A stretch of DNA of 64,000 nt from a bacterium. GTDB lineage: Bacteria > Patescibacteriota > Minisyncoccia > Moranbacterales > UBA2206. How positions within the stretch are numbered: the stretch's first letter is position 1; each line of letters starts with the position of its first letter. Location: NCBI GenBank assembly GCA_043725085.1, contig JAYSLY010000007.1, positions 1,471 through 65,470 of the forward strand, given 5' to 3'. Positions 16,630 through 26,332 of this stretch are shown here, in pieces. The translations under genes were made by a program, and so were the position numbers. A model generated the notes under the pieces. It saw nothing but the letters and a program-made list of their open reading frames with translations. It was not told the origin of the DNA and ran no database searches.

Positions 16630-17331
16630 ATGAATATTGGTATTATCCTTGCTTCCGGCATCGGGAAAAGAATGGGAGCAGGAAAAAACAAGACGCTCGT
16701 GACGCTCGGAGGAAAACCGATTATTTTTTATGCCTTGTCAGTTTTTGAAAAATCAAAAGATATTGACGGCGTTGTACTAGTTGTTGGAGAAAAAGAAAAA
16801 AGCACCTTCCGGCAAATCGTTAAAAAATACAGATTTAGAAAAGTGCAAGGGATAATTTCTGGCGGGAAAGAGAGACAGGATTCAAGCTATGCCGGAATTG
16901 ATTTTATTGATAATTTCTTCGATAAGAAGAACAAAGGCGGAATGATCCTGCTCTTCCATAATGGTGCAAATCCTTTTGTGACCCCGGCAGAAATTAATCT
17001 TTGCATAGTCGAGACAAAAAAACGCGGAGCTTGTGCTGTCGCCCATAAAACCAAAGATACAATCCGAGAAGTTAATTCGCATGGACTTTCTGTTCAAGTG
17101 CTTGACAGATCAAAACTTTGGAATATGCAGACTCCACAAGCAATCCAATTAGCATTAGCAATAAGGGCGTTTCGAAAAGCCAGCATGGATAATTTTCTTG
17201 GAACAGATGATGTCAGTTTAGTGGAAAGATTGGGCAAAAAGGTGAAAATAGTCGAAGCTGCAAAAAATAATTTCAAACTGACCACACCACTGGACCTAGA
17301 ATTAGCAAAATTAATCTTAAAAAATACCTAA
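16630..17331 (+). CDS. ispD: 2-C-methyl-D-erythritol 4-phosphate cytidylyltransferase
   Basis: IILASGIGKRMG...K motif. An alternative GTG start lies at 16624. Confidence 0.8.
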   Translation: MNIGIILASGIGKRMGAGKNKTLVTLGGKPIIFYALSVFEKSKDIDGVVLVVGEKEKSTFRQIVKKYRFRKVQGIISGGKERQDSSYAGIDFIDNFFDKKNKGGMILLFHNGANPFVTPAEINLCIVETKKRGACAVAHKTKDTIREVNSHGLSVQVLDRSKLWNMQTPQAIQLALAIRAFRKASMDNFLGTDDVSLVERLGKKVKIVEAAKNNFKLTTPLDLELAKLILKNT

Positions 17332-17335
17332 TTAT

Positions 17336-17824
17336 ATGTTTAGAGTTGGATTAGGACAAGATTCTCATCGATTTTCTGATGATAAAAATAAAAAATTAGT
17401 TTTATGTGGAATAGAACTGGCAGGAGAATGTGGCCTGGAAGCTAATTCTGATGGAGACCTAGTCTTGCACGCTCTCTGCGCCGCAATCGAACAAGCGCTT
17501 GGCAGAGTTAATTTTTCAGTTTATGCTGATGAAATGTGCCAAAATGGTATCACCAATAGTCGGGAATACCTAAAAATAGCACTCTCTCATCTTAAGAAAG
17601 ATGGCTATATTATCAATAATTTAGGCGTATCGATCGAAGCCAAAAAACCCAAAATTTTGCCAATTGAAGATCGCCTAAGGACGAGCCTAGCTGAAATGCT
17701 TGGGCTGAAAAAAAACCGTATTGGAATCAATGCTACATCAGGAGAGGAGCTAACTGCGTTCGCTAGAGGCGAAGGGATTCAAGTTTTTGTAATTATTAGT
17801 CTGACCCGAAATGAAAAAAATTAG
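17336..17824 (+). CDS. ispF: 2-C-methyl-D-erythritol 2,4-cyclodiphosphate synthase
   Basis: FRVGLGQDSHRF metal-binding motif. Confidence 0.8.
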   Translation: MFRVGLGQDSHRFSDDKNKKLVLCGIELAGECGLEANSDGDLVLHALCAAIEQALGRVNFSVYADEMCQNGITNSREYLKIALSHLKKDGYIINNLGVSIEAKKPKILPIEDRLRTSLAEMLGLKKNRIGINATSGEELTAFARGEGIQVFVIISLTRNEKN

Positions 17825-18680
17825 AGCAAAATCGCCTGCCAAGCTAAATCTGACATTGGAAGTAACAGAAAGACTTTCCAACGGCTTCCACAAACTCCGC
17901 ACCATAGTGCTAAAAACAGAAAATCTATTCGATGAACTTGAATTCGTTTTTGATAAGAAAAAAACAGGGATCAAGATTACCTGTAATAATCCCGCCGTCC
18001 CAACAGATGAAAAAAATATCTGTTGGAAAATTACTGAACAATTTTTCCAAAAAACAGGAAAACGCATCGGGCTTGAGATACAAATTAAAAAAAATATTCC
18101 TCTGGCTTCCGGAATGGGCGGGGGCAGTTCGGATGGTGCGACAGTCCTCTTAGCGCTCAATCAATACTTTAAAAATTTATTACCCGAAAGAGAACTTATC
18201 GCACTGGCTGCAAAAGTGGGAAAAGACATTCCCTTGTTTTTTTCTAAAACGAGAGCAGTTAATATTACTGGCATGGGTGAAAAAATTAAACCACTAGAAA
18301 ATTTTCCGGGACTTAATATCCTAGTTATCAATCCGGCGGGAGAAATTTCTACTCCTTTGGCCTATAGCGAATTAGATCGGTCTTTGATTTTTATGAATGA
18401 CCCAAATAGAAAAAATATCTCTCAAAAATTTATCAAAAACAAATCAGACATTGAAAAAATGTGTTGTTATTTATATAATGATTTTTCTGTCATAGCAAAA
18501 AAGAAATATCCAGTCATAGAAACACTGGAAAAAACAATCATTTCCTTCGGAGCAATCGGGGCTTCTATTACAGGAAAGGGACCGACAGTTTTTGGAATTT
18601 TCCAAACAAAAAAAGCTGCACTGGAAACAAAAAAAATCCTCAAAAAATATTATCCAAAATTTTTCATCGAATTGGCTTAA
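17811..18680 (+). CDS. ispE: 4-diphosphocytidyl-2-C-methyl-D-erythritol kinase
   Basis: SPAKLNLTLEV...NGFHKL and GMGGGSSDGA GHMP-kinase motif. Overlaps ispF by 14 nt. Confidence 0.8.
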   Translation: MKKIRAKSPAKLNLTLEVTERLSNGFHKLRTIVLKTENLFDELEFVFDKKKTGIKITCNNPAVPTDEKNICWKITEQFFQKTGKRIGLEIQIKKNIPLASGMGGGSSDGATVLLALNQYFKNLLPERELIALAAKVGKDIPLFFSKTRAVNITGMGEKIKPLENFPGLNILVINPAGEISTPLAYSELDRSLIFMNDPNRKNISQKFIKNKSDIEKMCCYLYNDFSVIAKKKYPVIETLEKTIISFGAIGASITGKGPTVFGIFQTKKAALETKKILKKYYPKFFIELA

Positions 18681-18696
18681 ATTTTTAAAAAACTAT

Positions 18697-19749
18697 ATGC
18701 AAAAGTACAAATCCCGTGTCGTTAAAGTCGGTCCATATAAACTAGGCGGAAATAATCCGGTGCGTGTGCAATCAATGTGTAACACTGACACGCGCGATGT
18801 CGCATCGACAGTTACTCAAATTTTAGCATTGGAAAAGGCTGGTTGCGAAATTGTGCGCGTGGCCATTTTGGATATGGAAGCCGCGCAGGCTATTGGAAAA
18901 ATCAAAAAACAAATCCACATCCCACTGGTCGCTGACATTCACTTTGATCACAAGCTGGCGCTCGAAGTGATCGAGCAAGGGATTGATAAAGTACGCATCA
19001 ACCCGGGAAATATTGGCTCAGATGAAAATGTCCGTGCAGTTGTGACGGCTTGCAAGAAGAAAAAAATTCCGATCAGGATCGGCATCAACGGAGGATCATT
19101 GGAAAAAGAAATTTTGAAAAAATACAAAGGCAACGTAACAGCCCAAGGTATGGTCGAATCCGCTATGCGCCATATTAAAATTTTAGAAAAACATAAATTC
19201 AAAGATATTTTAGTTTCGCTGAAAGCCTCAGATATTGAACGAACGGTCGAAGCTTATCGCCTTTTGGCCAAAAAAGTTGACTATCCTCTGCACATCGGCG
19301 TCACAGAAGCTGGCACGATTTTCCGTGGCACAGTCATGTCATCCATTGGTCTCGGCATCTTGCTCTATGACGGCATCGGGGCAACACTACGCGTTTCGCT
19401 CACGGCCGATCCAATCGAAGAAATTCCAGTTGCCTGGGAAATTTTAAAATCACTAAAATTGAGAAAGAAAGGTGTTACCGTGACGAGTTGCCCGACTTGC
19501 GGACGCACGCAAATCGCACTCATTGACCTTGCCCAAAAAGTGGAGGCGGCAGTAAAAAATATCGATAAAGACATTCACATCGCTGTCATGGGTTGCGTGG
19601 TAAACGGTCCCGGCGAAGCACGCGAAGCAGACATCGGCGTGGCTGGTGGCAAAGGCATGGGCGCAATCTTTGCCAAAGGCAAAGTGATCAAATCAGTTAA
19701 AGAAAAAGATATTTTGAAAACGCTTTTGGAGGAAATTGATAAATTGTAA
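18697..19749 (+). CDS. ispG: 4-hydroxy-3-methylbut-2-enyl diphosphate synthase
   Basis: VGPYKLGGNNPVRVQSMCNTDTRD and CPTCGRT cluster ligands. Start chosen at ATG 18697, 17 nt after the ispE stop. The ORF-track start at 18592 overlaps ispE. Confidence 0.8.
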   Translation: MQKYKSRVVKVGPYKLGGNNPVRVQSMCNTDTRDVASTVTQILALEKAGCEIVRVAILDMEAAQAIGKIKKQIHIPLVADIHFDHKLALEVIEQGIDKVRINPGNIGSDENVRAVVTACKKKKIPIRIGINGGSLEKEILKKYKGNVTAQGMVESAMRHIKILEKHKFKDILVSLKASDIERTVEAYRLLAKKVDYPLHIGVTEAGTIFRGTVMSSIGLGILLYDGIGATLRVSLTADPIEEIPVAWEILKSLKLRKKGVTVTSCPTCGRTQIALIDLAQKVEAAVKNIDKDIHIAVMGCVVNGPGEAREADIGVAGGKGMGAIFAKGKVIKSVKEKDILKTLLEEIDKL

Positions 19750-19769
19750 TTATTATATTTTCTAACCCA

Positions 19770-19801
19770 CAAAAAGGCTCTCTTCAAATGGAGCTTTTTT
19801 T
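19770..19801 (+). terminator. weak hairpin with T-tract after ispG
   Basis: aaaaaggctc...gagcttttttt. Confidence 0.3.
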
Positions 19802-19914
19802 ATCTGGCCTAAAAAACCTAAAGTTGACCGATATTTGACACCCGCCAAAATCCTTGCTACCTTGGAATACTACCTGAAAACAAAAGTAGCTAAAACCTAA
19901 CTCTTTTTTTTCCT

Positions 19915-21042
19915 ATGAGCCTCATTCCGCAAGAACAATTCCGCAATTTCATCACTGATGCCAAAGATGTGCTCATTTTCATTCCCGAAAACCCGGGTTT
20001 TGACGCCATCGGCAGTGCTTTTGCACTGGCGTTTTTTTTGGAAAACAGACGCGTCTCCGCCACAATCGTTTCCGGGAAAAGATTAGCGGAAAATAAATTT
20101 GAATTCCTCCCCTGCCCGAAAAATATCGTTTCTGAAATTTCCGGCGCGCGCGAATTCGTCCTTTCTTTCGACACCAGTCGCAACAAAATTTCCGGCTTGC
20201 GCCAAGAAGTTATCGGCGACAAATTTAATGTCTATCTCACACCGGAAAAAGGTTCGATTGATCCGCGTGATTTTTCTTTTATTTTAGCTAAGTTCAAATA
20301 TGATTTAATTATTGTTTTGGATAGTCCTGATTTGGAATCCTTGGGACAAATCTACGTCAACAACTCTGATTTGTTTTTTGAAGTGCCGGTGATCAATATT
20401 GACCATCGCGGGAATAATGAAAATTTTGGTCAAATCAATCTGGTTGACATCACCGCTTCATCTTGCGCGGAAATCCTAAAACCGGTTTTGGAAAATATCG
20501 ACGTGACCAGTTTTGACAAAAACATTGCCACTTGCCTCATGGTAGGCATTATTGGTGCCACCGGAAATTTCCAAAAGAAAAATACCACCCCAAAATCCCT
20601 TTCAGCGGCGGCAGATTTGATGGACCGTGGCGCCGATCAGCAGGGCATCATTCGCTGGCTCTATAAAACACAGCCACTATCTATCTTAAAATTATTAGGT
20701 CGCGTGATGAGTAAACTTAGTTGGGAAGAAAAAAGCAAGCTTGTTTGGGCAAATTTGAGCCTAGAAGATTTCGTGCAAAGCCGCACAACGCCGGAAAACT
20801 TGCCTGTTATTTTGGAAAAGCTGCAAGAGAATTATAGCGATGGTCAAACGTTCATGATTCTCTATAACGACACACCCGGCAGCACTCTCGCGGTTTTGAA
20901 AACTGCCAATAATGAACTTTTGCAAAAAATCGCATTGCTTTTTGGAGCAGTTTCCAGTAATGATACATTGGAAATCAAAATTAACAGCAGTGATTTGATT
21001 TTGGCGGCGAAGACTATTCAAGGGAAAATCGAGAGCCTATAA
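19915..21042 (+). CDS. DHH-family phosphoesterase-like protein (NrnA-like) with a degenerate DHH motif (DHR)
   Basis: ENPGFDAIGSAFALAFFL (motif I with a single Asp), IIVLDSPD, NIDHRGNNENFG. Confidence 0.5.
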   Translation: MSLIPQEQFRNFITDAKDVLIFIPENPGFDAIGSAFALAFFLENRRVSATIVSGKRLAENKFEFLPCPKNIVSEISGAREFVLSFDTSRNKISGLRQEVIGDKFNVYLTPEKGSIDPRDFSFILAKFKYDLIIVLDSPDLESLGQIYVNNSDLFFEVPVINIDHRGNNENFGQINLVDITASSCAEILKPVLENIDVTSFDKNIATCLMVGIIGATGNFQKKNTTPKSLSAAADLMDRGADQQGIIRWLYKTQPLSILKLLGRVMSKLSWEEKSKLVWANLSLEDFVQSRTTPENLPVILEKLQENYSDGQTFMILYNDTPGSTLAVLKTANNELLQKIALLFGAVSSNDTLEIKINSSDLILAAKTIQGKIESL

Positions 21043-21063
21043 TAATTATCATCCTTTTTACAT

Positions 21064-21097
21064 AAACAGCTACACATTCGATAGCTGTTTTTTTGTT
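21064..21097 (+). terminator. rho-independent terminator after the DHH gene
   Basis: acagcta-cacattcga-tagctgt followed by ttttttt. Confidence 0.55.
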
Positions 21098-21160
21098 TTG
21101 GCTTTTTATGCTAGAATAGAGTCACAAAAATTAAAAGTTGCGCCCTAAATACAAAAAAAT

Positions 21161-24100
21161 ATGATCCAAATTACAAAGAAAACTGACGAGACAAAAAAAG
21201 AAACTGAGGCCATTTCCAGCAAATTAGTTTCCAAACTACAAAAGCAATCAGAAGAAGAACAAGTAGCTCAATTCGCGGCCAAGCTAGAGTTGCCCTATAT
21301 CGATACCAATATCGTCCCTGTTTCCATTGATAGTTTGAAATTAGTCGAGGAAAGCGACGCGCGAAAATTTAGCCTCGCTGTCATTCAAAAAAAGGCTAAA
21401 GTAGCTACCGTCGTAGTCACCGATCCAACCAGAGAGGATGTGCAGGAGTTTTTGAAGAATTTTTCCGAAAAATTTGGTTTCAAGGTAAAGCTTTTTGTTA
21501 TTTCCCCCTATAATCTTGAGCGGGTTTTGGAAAAATACAAAAAAATCGTCTTTACGGAAATCCTCGATCAACTAAGTCTCACAATTAAAGATGCGGAGCT
21601 TACTGATTTTAAATCAGCGCTTGAAAATTTACTCGTTCTCAAAGAAAGAATTAAAGAAATGCCGATCACGGAAGTGATGAATACGATTATGGCTGGAGCA
21701 TACACGCTTGGCGCTTCTGATGTGCACATTGAACCCGGAGAAAATGATTTTCGTTTGCGCTATCGTATTGACGGAGTTCTCCAAGATGTCGCTTTTTTTC
21801 CACTCAATATTCACAAGCGCATTGCCACTAGAATCAAAATGATGTCTGGCATGAAGCTTAATCTTGCAGACATGGCCCAAGATGGAACCTTTGAAATAAA
21901 CCTTGCCAACAAAACAATTGCTATCCGCGCTTCTTCCATTCCTGGCAATTATGGCGAATCGATTGTGATGCGGCTCCTTGATCCTGATTCCATTAATGTC
22001 AACATTGAAGAACTCGGTCTTCAGGGCCTAGCCTATGAAATTGTGCAAAAGCAAATTGAAGCGCCTAATGGCATGATTCTCACTACCGGACCAACCGGCT
22101 CGGGAAAAACCACAACACTCTATGCCATTATCAGCAAACTTAACACACCTGACAAAAAAATCATTACCATTGAAGACCCGATCGAATACCAACTTAAAGG
22201 CGTTTCCCAAACCCAAATCGAAAAAGCCCGCGGCTATACTTTTGCCACCGGCCTTCGCGCGATTGTTCGTCAGGACCCTGACATCATTTTGGTCGGTGAA
22301 ATCCGCGACGACGAGACAGCTGACATCGCCGTCAATTCCGCTCTCACAGGGCACCTCGTGCTTTCCACTTTTCACACCAACAGCGCCATAGCTTCAATTC
22401 CACGCCTCATTGAAATGGGCGTCAAACCTTCCTTTATCGCTCCGGCCGTAAATGCTATTATCGGTCAGCGTTTGGTGCGAAAACTTTGCTCTTGTCGAGA
22501 AGAATACGTCCCCGCCAGAGAAACAGTCGAGTCAATTAAAAAAATCCTTTCCATTATCTCCCCCCGCGCTAAGGTGGAAATTCCCAAAAATATCGACAAG
22601 CTCTATCGTCCAAAAGGTTGTCTCAAATGTGGAGGCACTGGCTACAAGGGTCGCATGGGCATCTTTGAGGTGCTCACGATCAGCCCGGAAACAGAAAAAA
22701 TGATTCTTGACCTCGCCGGTGAGACAGAAATCACCATGGCAGTGCTTGAAGAAGGCATGGTTACGATGCTTCAAGACGGAATTTTGAAAGCCGTGAGCGG
22801 CGTCACTTCCATTGATGAAGTGAAAAAAGTGACCGGGCAAGGAGAATTTTTGGAAGGTATCTATGAAAAGTTAATGGCTCAAACTCTCGGCAGCACGCTT
22901 CCGATTAAAAAAGAATTTTATGCTAAAACCTTGGGCAGCGTGGATGATTTTGCCAAAATGCAAACACTTCTCGCCGGGACGAAAATCGTTGACGCTATCA
23001 AAATTATTTTTTCCGCCGCGCAAATTTTAGGCGTAGGGGACATCCATATTGAACCGGAAAAAGAAGCAGTCAAAATCCGTTTTCGCATCGATGGAATCCT
23101 CCAAACTATTGCTTCACTTCCTCTCACAGAATACACAACCTTCCTCGGACAGATAAAAATGCTCAGTGGTGTCAAAACAGAAGCGCGCCAGGGCGTGATT
23201 GATAGTCGTTTTAGTATTACGTTTGACGACGAACTGACTGAACTCAAGGAAAAATCCGTTGATATTCGTGTTTCCATAATCTTGGGCGGCTTTGGCGAAA
23301 CAGTCGTGATGCGCCTTTTGAGCAAATCATCTGTCGAACTCAATTTGGATAAGCTGGGAATTCGCAAACAAAATTTGGAGAAAATCAAACATGAAATTTC
23401 AAAACCCAACGGCGTCGTGCTCAACACCGGACCAACCGGCTCAGGAAAAACCACCACGCTTTATGCAATTTTAAACCTGATCAAAAAGCCGGAAATTAAA
23501 ATCATCACAGTGGAAGATCCGATTGAATACCAAATGGAAGGCATTTTGCAAACTCCGGTCAGTGAAAAAGACGGCTATACTTTTTCCACCGCTCTGCGCG
23601 CCCTTCTGCGTCAAAATCCGGATATTATGATGATTGGTGAAATCCGTGACAATGAAACGGCGCAGATCGCCGTCCAAGCCGCGCTTACCGGGCATTTGGT
23701 ACTCTCAACACTTCATACAAACAACGCTTCTGGCGCCGTCGCCAGAATGCTCAATATGGGAGTCAAGCCGGAGGACATCGTTTCCGGCGTGAACGCCTTT
23801 ATCGCCCAACGCCTCGTGCGCACACTTTGCGAATGCAAAACTAAAGTTGCTCCGACTGAAGAAGAAAAACAAAAAATTGAAAAAGTCCTAAAAACTATCA
23901 GTCCAAAGGCCGGCGTAGAAATTCCGCAAATATCAGAAGTCTGCAAACCAAACGGCTGCAATAAATGTAACCACATTGGCTATAAAGGTCGCACAACCAT
24001 CAGTGAAATATTTTTGCTTTCCCGTGAAATCCAAGAAGCCGTCATGCACAATGCTGTCACATCAGAACTCAATCAAAAAGCCACTTCCGAAGGAATGATC

Positions 24101-24181
24101 TCAATGGCCCAAGACGGTGTTCTAAAAGTTTTGGAAGGCGAAACAACACTTGAGGAGGTGGAGCGGGTTACTGAAATATAG
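21161..24181 (+). CDS. tandem-duplicated PilB/GspE-family type II/IV secretion ATPase (two complete ATPase units in one 1006-aa polypeptide)
   Basis: Two Walker A sites TGPTGSGKTTTLYA, near nt 22090 and 23430. Two tetracysteine motifs (CSC...CLKCGG and CEC...CNKCNH). GspE N-terminal domain on the first unit only. Confidence 0.75.
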   Translation: MIQITKKTDETKKETEAISSKLVSKLQKQSEEEQVAQFAAKLELPYIDTNIVPVSIDSLKLVEESDARKFSLAVIQKKAKVATVVVTDPTREDVQEFLKNFSEKFGFKVKLFVISPYNLERVLEKYKKIVFTEILDQLSLTIKDAELTDFKSALENLLVLKERIKEMPITEVMNTIMAGAYTLGASDVHIEPGENDFRLRYRIDGVLQDVAFFPLNIHKRIATRIKMMSGMKLNLADMAQDGTFEINLANKTIAIRASSIPGNYGESIVMRLLDPDSINVNIEELGLQGLAYEIVQKQIEAPNGMILTTGPTGSGKTTTLYAIISKLNTPDKKIITIEDPIEYQLKGVSQTQIEKARGYTFATGLRAIVRQDPDIILVGEIRDDETADIAVNSALTGHLVLSTFHTNSAIASIPRLIEMGVKPSFIAPAVNAIIGQRLVRKLCSCREEYVPARETVESIKKILSIISPRAKVEIPKNIDKLYRPKGCLKCGGTGYKGRMGIFEVLTISPETEKMILDLAGETEITMAVLEEGMVTMLQDGILKAVSGVTSIDEVKKVTGQGEFLEGIYEKLMAQTLGSTLPIKKEFYAKTLGSVDDFAKMQTLLAGTKIVDAIKIIFSAAQILGVGDIHIEPEKEAVKIRFRIDGILQTIASLPLTEYTTFLGQIKMLSGVKTEARQGVIDSRFSITFDDELTELKEKSVDIRVSIILGGFGETVVMRLLSKSSVELNLDKLGIRKQNLEKIKHEISKPNGVVLNTGPTGSGKTTTLYAILNLIKKPEIKIITVEDPIEYQMEGILQTPVSEKDGYTFSTALRALLRQNPDIMMIGEIRDNETAQIAVQAALTGHLVLSTLHTNNASGAVARMLNMGVKPEDIVSGVNAFIAQRLVRTLCECKTKVAPTEEEKQKIEKVLKTISPKAGVEIPQISEVCKPNGCNKCNHIGYKGRTTISEIFLLSREIQEAVMHNAVTSELNQKATSEGMISMAQDGVLKVLEGETTLEEVERVTEI

Positions 24182-24391
24182 TAATAATCTGCAGGCAAAA
24201 ATCTCGAACTAGGAGCCCAAGAAAAGAAACAAAATCGAGGTATAGCGCAGATAATTTACTAAGAGCAAATTACCCACCCTACCCATATCTTGAAAGAAGT
24301 TTCCCATATTGATGACAAAAGATAGAAGCCACCAATTGCCTGCAATTTACTGCTTGCCAATGCCAATATATTAAAAAACATAAAAACACTG

Positions 24392-24425
24392 ACTCCCAAA
24401 TTTAGCACATCTTGGGAGTTTTGTC
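24392..24425 (+). terminator. rho-independent terminator after the PilB fusion
   Basis: actcccaa-12 nt-ttgggagt followed by tttt. Confidence 0.5.
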
Positions 24426-24448
24426 AAATAGGTGTATAATAGTGCTAT

Positions 24449-25447
24449 ATGATTACCAACTCTCACGAACAAACTGAAGATTTGAATCTGGACAACACCC
24501 TTCGTCCGCAAAGCTTTGCGGAATATGTCGGGCAGGAAAAAGTCAAAAAAAATCTCGATATTCTCATTCAAGCGGCCAAAAAACGCCAAGAGCAGATTGA
24601 GCATGTTTTGCTCTATGGCCCGGCGGGCCTCGGGAAAACAACGCTTGCCAACATTATCGCCAAAGAGTTGGGCGTGAGCATCAAAACCACGTCCGGCCCG
24701 GCGATTGAACGCGTGGGTGATTTTGGTTCCATCCTCACCAATTTGCAAGATGGCGATATTTTGTTTATCGATGAAATTCATCGCTTAAATAAATCTATTG
24801 AGGAAGTGCTTTACCCGGCAATGGAGGATTTTAAGCTTGATATTGTGATTGGCAAAGGCCCATCGGCACGCACCATCCAACTTGATTTGCCAAAATTTAC
24901 TCTAATTGGCGCAACAACCAAGCTTGGCTCCCTTTCCAATCCACTGCGCAATCGCTTTGGCGCCATCCATCGCCTGGAATTCTATGAAAATGGTGAGATT
25001 GAAAGAATCCTTCGCCGTTCCGGAAAAATTCTCGAAGTTCCAATGCAAGATGATGGACTGGCAGAAATTGCCAAATGTGCCCGTTGCACTCCGCGCGTGG
25101 CCAATCGACTTTTGAAACGCGTGCGGGATTTTTCACAAATCAAAAACTATCCGACAATTGATAGCGCGCGAGCCAGAGAAGCGCTTGAGATGATTGATGT
25201 GGATGAGCTTGGGCTTGAACCGGCCGACAAGCATATTTTGCGTACGATCATTGAAAAATTTGGTGGCGGCCCCGTGGGACTTTCCACTGTTGCTGCAGCC
25301 ACTAGCGAGGAAATCAAGACGATCGAAGATGTCTATGAGCCCTATCTCTTGCAAATCGGTTTTCTCACCCGTACTCCGCGTGGACGCGTTGCAACTGAAT
25401 CAGCCTACAAGCACTTAGGCATCAAATTTCCCGAAAAAACTAATTAA
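24449..25447 (+). CDS. ruvB: Holliday junction branch-migration helicase RuvB
   Basis: [31 protein letters not shown]. Confidence 0.9.
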   Translation: MITNSHEQTEDLNLDNTLRPQSFAEYVGQEKVKKNLDILIQAAKKRQEQIEHVLLYGPAGLGKTTLANIIAKELGVSIKTTSGPAIERVGDFGSILTNLQDGDILFIDEIHRLNKSIEEVLYPAMEDFKLDIVIGKGPSARTIQLDLPKFTLIGATTKLGSLSNPLRNRFGAIHRLEFYENGEIERILRRSGKILEVPMQDDGLAEIAKCARCTPRVANRLLKRVRDFSQIKNYPTIDSARAREALEMIDVDELGLEPADKHILRTIIEKFGGGPVGLSTVAAATSEEIKTIEDVYEPYLLQIGFLTRTPRGRVATESAYKHLGIKFPEKTN

Positions 25448-25470
25448 GTTAATTATTTATCCGTTAAACT

Positions 25471-25710
25471 ATGCTTACTGTCATTTATGCGATCTATGCG
25501 TTGATTTTTTTGATGAACATTCTTTTTGCTTTTTTCATCATCTACCATCTAGTTGCCTATTCAATCAATTCCCACTTCAGCCATATTATGGTTGTTTTTT
25601 TTGGCATAATCTCCGCCATCCTGATTCTTTCTAATTTTTTTCTGTTTTTAGCTGTCGACTGGAAAACAATTCTTGCGAGTGTTTTTTCTAATAATTCTAA
25701 TCCTTTCTAA
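25471..25710 (+). CDS. small hydrophobic membrane protein (79 aa)
   Basis: Two predicted TM helices. Tightly packed between ruvB and the next gene. Confidence 0.4.
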   Translation: MLTVIYAIYALIFLMNILFAFFIIYHLVAYSINSHFSHIMVVFFGIISAILILSNFFLFLAVDWKTILASVFSNNSNPF

Positions 25711-25716
25711 AAAAAA

Positions 25717-26304
25717 ATGGAAAACTTCAATCAATTTCATTTCAAGGGCCAAAAACCGGGCGAAGAGATTTTGATGGTCATTCATCGTCATTGGTTTGAT
25801 ATTTTGACTCAATTTTTGATTATCCTCACTATGCTTTTGCTCCTTTTTAGCAGCCTCATCATCACACCCCTCATTTTTCCCGCGATGATAACCGGTGCCA
25901 ACTCAATGCTGCTTTCTTTTTTGCAAAATCTTTTTCTGCTCATCACCTGGATGCTTTTTTTTGTTATCTGGATCGATTATTACTTTGATGTTTGGATTGT
26001 CACCAATGAACGCATCGTTGATATTGATCAAAAGGGGCTTTTTTCGCGCGAAGTCAGTGAGCTGGAACTGGAAAAAATTCAAGATGTGTCCGTTGAAGTG
26101 CTGGGTATGCTTCCTACTTTTCTCAACTATGGAAATCTCTATGTCCAAACGGCCGGCGAAAAGGAGCGTTTCATTTTTATGCACGTGCCAAATCCCTATG
26201 CTATCAAAGATTTGGTGATGAACTTGCAAAAAACTTATGAAAAAAAGGAAGCGCAGGATTTGGGCGAAGTCATTCGCAAAGAAATTCATGAGGAACTGCA
26301 ATAG
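25717..26304 (+). CDS. membrane protein with a bacterial PH-like (YdbS/YdbT-type) domain
   Basis: FHFKGQKPGEEILMVIHRHWFDIL followed by two TM helices. Confidence 0.45.
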   Translation: MENFNQFHFKGQKPGEEILMVIHRHWFDILTQFLIILTMLLLLFSSLIITPLIFPAMITGANSMLLSFLQNLFLLITWMLFFVIWIDYYFDVWIVTNERIVDIDQKGLFSREVSELELEKIQDVSVEVLGMLPTFLNYGNLYVQTAGEKERFIFMHVPNPYAIKDLVMNLQKTYEKKEAQDLGEVIRKEIHEELQ

Positions 26305-26332
26305 TTTTTAGTTTTTCGATATAAAATGAAGG

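Noticed and set aside
18592-18696. Upstream extension of ispG (MEFSKQKK...)
   Set aside because: It overlaps the 3' end of ispE in another frame. The conserved IspG N-terminus begins at the internal ATG 18697.
22918-23976. Minus-strand ORFs of 179, 74 and 87 aa inside the tandem PilB gene
   Set aside because: Antisense shadows of a strongly supported ATPase gene.
24421-24448. TTGTCA...TGTATAAT promoter-like sequence directly before ruvB
   Set aside because: The -35/-10 spacing is only 8 nt and the -10 element ends 8 nt before the ATG. It may be a leaderless promoter, but that is too uncertain to call.
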